In this document: positions 61,542-64,000 of the stretch, piece by piece
How positions within the stretch are numbered: position 1 is the first letter of the stretch
How the letters are laid out: each line of letters begins with the position of its first letter
From: Phoronis australis
Lineage: Eukaryota; Animalia; Phoronida
DNA length: 64,000 nt
Assembly (NCBI GenBank): GCA_002633005.1
Contig: NMRA01000784.1
Span: 1 to 64,000, forward strand
Direction of reading: 5' to 3'
Program-made: the position numbers and the translations under genes
The notes under the pieces: model-generated
The model's input: only the letters and a program-made list of their open reading frames with translations
What the model was told of the DNA's origin: nothing
The model's database searches: none

Positions 61542-62979
61542 NNNNNNNNNNNNNNNNNNNNNNNNNNNNNNNNNNNNNNNNNNNNNNNNNNNNNNNNNNN
61601 NNNNNNNNNNNNNNNNNNNNNNNNNNNNNNNNNNNNNNNNNNNNNNNNNNNNNNNNNNNNNNNNNNNNNNNNNNNNNNNNNNNNNNNNNNNNNNNNNNNN
61701 NNNNNNNNNNNNNNNNNNNNNNNNNNNNNNNNNNNNNNNNNNNNNNNNNNNNNNNNNNNNNNNNNNNNNNNNNNNNNNNNNNNNNNNNNNNNNNNNNNNN
61801 NNNNNNNNNNNNNNNNNNNNNNNNNNNNNNNNNNNNNNNNNNNNNNNNNNNNNNNNNNNNNNNNNNNNNNNNNNNNNNNNNNNNNNNNNNNNNNNNNNNN
61901 NNNNNNNNNNNNNNNNNNNNNNNNNNNNNNNNNNNNNNNNNNNNNNNNNNNNNNNNNNNNNNNNNNNNNNNNNNNNNNNNNNNNNNNNNNNNNNNNNNNN
62001 NNNNNNNNNNNNNNNNNNNNNNNNNNNNNNNNNNNNNNNNNNNNNNNNNNNNNNNNNNNNNNNNNNNNNNNNNNNNNNNNNNNNNNNNNNNNNNNNNNNN
62101 NNNNNNNNNNNNNNNNNNNNNNNNNNNNNNNNNNNNNNNNNNNNNNNNNNNNNNNNNNNNNNNNNNNNNNNNNNNNNNNNNNNNNNNNNNNNNNNNNNNN
62201 NNNNNNNNNNNNNNNNNNNNNNNNNNNNNNNNNNNNNNNNNNNNNNNNNNNNNNNNNNNNNNNNNNNNNNNNNNNNNNNNNNNNNNNNNNNNNNNNNNNN
62301 NNNNNNNNNNNNNNNNNNNNNNNNNNNNNNNNNNNNNNNNNNNNNNNNNNNNNNNNNNNNNNNNNNNNNNNNNNNNNNNNNNNNNNNNNNNNNNNNNNNN
62401 NNNNNNNNNNNNNNNNNNNNNNNNNNNNNNNNNNNNNNNNNNNNNNNNNNNNNNNNNNNNNNNNNNNNNNNNNNNNNNNNNNNNNNNNNNNNNNNNNNNN
62501 NNNNNNNNNNNNNNNNNNNNNNNNNNNNNNNNNNNNNNNTGCAATTCGTTTAGGAGACACGCCCAGAAAGAGATGACGACAAAAAAGCACACATATTACG
62601 TATACATGGGTGCATGAAACACCGTGAAATCCCTTTGCCTAATGTCTCCATTATGCAGTGGCCACCAAATATACTATCGCTGTCTAGTTATTAAAAGCAT
62701 TCAACACTGCTGCATAGAAATGGCAATTTAGTAAACACTCTAATATCTGTAAACTTTATACTATTACCTGCTAAACAGTGAAAAGTTTGCAAGAATGAAA
62801 AAACACCAACTATAACCTTACTTACACGCTTTAAATAAAGTTTCAAGCGATCGGTTACTCCTTTGTTTCTTAGGGATTTCGCAAAATGAAAATCAAGACA
62901 ATTCAACTTTTACTTGAATTTCGGTATCCCAAATTTTAGTAACAGGCCCTAACTCGGGTAGAAACCATGACAATCTTAC

Positions 62980-63084
62980 TTTCTCAGGGCTCTCAATTAA
63001 CACCCTCAGCTGCCTGTTGACATCAGCAATTCTAGCCGACACGAAGTTGAGCCTCTCCTGGTATTTCTCCTCAGAAACCGATTC
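62980..63084 (-). other. Second copy of SAPCD2-like exon within a probable haplotype duplication
   Basis: Identical to 60610-60714 apart from one synonymous change; lies in a 1.2-kb duplicate across an N gap. Confidence 0.7.
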
Positions 63085-64000
63085 CTGAAGAAAGAGGGAT
63101 GATATACATGTCGACTAGCAATTGATACATGAACCAGTGAGACTATTATCAAGTTTAGACTAGATCACAAAACATTGCGAATGAGAGAAAAATTCCATAC
63201 AGAACCCTTAAAACTTGCAGGGCCTTCCTCAATCACCTGAGGGAAAGGTGCCTGTGCCTTCTGAGAGGAGAATTTTTTGGGGTGAGGGGAAAATTATACC
63301 GACCAATCACCATCAATTGCACCCCCACCCCTGTTGCAAAAAACCAAAGCTAACTTTTTGAGCTCTGTCAAATTGTCACCTGTGTGAGCTACAGGTGATC
63401 AAGCGATTCGAACCTCGAGGGGAATTTGTCAATCACTTGATGGGAATTTTTGGGTCTCACGAGGGGAATTTTGTGTGATTTTTCAATATTTTTCAGAGGC
63501 AAATAGAGCCGACATGGAGTACCACAAACAAGGATTGAGGACCCTAGACCTACGTGAGCACAAAGACAACAATCTATGATTTATGCATAATTGTTGCAAA
63601 ATTATAATAATTGTTGCATAATAATAATCTATGCTTTATGTAATGTTCACCAAAATAATTTTAGGGATCATACTTAAAATGTCCCACTTTTGTATTAAGT
63701 TATCAAAACTGTACTTCAGTGTATCAAAGAAACAACTCACAAGTTGTACGAAACAAACTGTAACAGCAATTTTGACATTCCATCTTGAACATATCAAACA
63801 AAATTTGGAGCATGTTACTGGTGCACCTTCCGCCTTTGCTTAAGACAACGTCACGTGACCCAATTAATGGCAAATTTATAAAGGCAAAAACCAAATTCCA
63901 CAACCTTTCTACTTTCTGAAAACGTAATTCTGTAATAGTTTGTAGATATTTGACTAAATAAACGGACTTGCTGAGATCCTACATAACTTCTACACCAGGA

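Larger units (their letters stand above)
60170..63750. repeat. About 1.2-kb duplication flanking the N gap (60170-61362 versus 62540-63750)
   Basis: Near-identical with scattered SNPs and small indels. Confidence 0.9.

Noticed and set aside
61495-62592. 365-aa and 352-aa ORFs in the track
   Set aside because: They consist of translated N-gap characters.

Overview
AT-rich, intron-rich eukaryotic DNA that looks like a marine invertebrate scaffold (taxon inferred, not proven). Most short ORFs in the supplied track are noise; the real genes emerge only by splicing on the minus strand. I reconstructed four genes by hand from splice signals and reading frame. (1) Gene A (16795 to beyond the left edge, 8 exons in window) and (2) gene B (33547-21317, complete, 10 exons, 533 aa) are tandem paralogues encoding a secreted protein: signal peptide + PAN/apple-like domain + three tandem CTHRC1-C-terminal-like domains, with no collagen helix. 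This is the main novelty candidate. (3) Gene C (about 51340-37059, about 11 exons) encodes a basic/Ser-rich N-terminus plus a DUF4347-like domain resembling that of ECT2L. (4) The last three coding exons of a SAPCD2-like gene lie at 59118-60714. The rest is transposon debris (a SCAN-containing Gypsy gag remnant, RTE, RTEX-like and CR1/L2-like LINE fragments, many MITEs with 5-bp target-site duplications including a nested pair), small tandem repeats and two probable haplotype-overlap assembly duplications. Domain calls come from remembered family motifs, not database searches.
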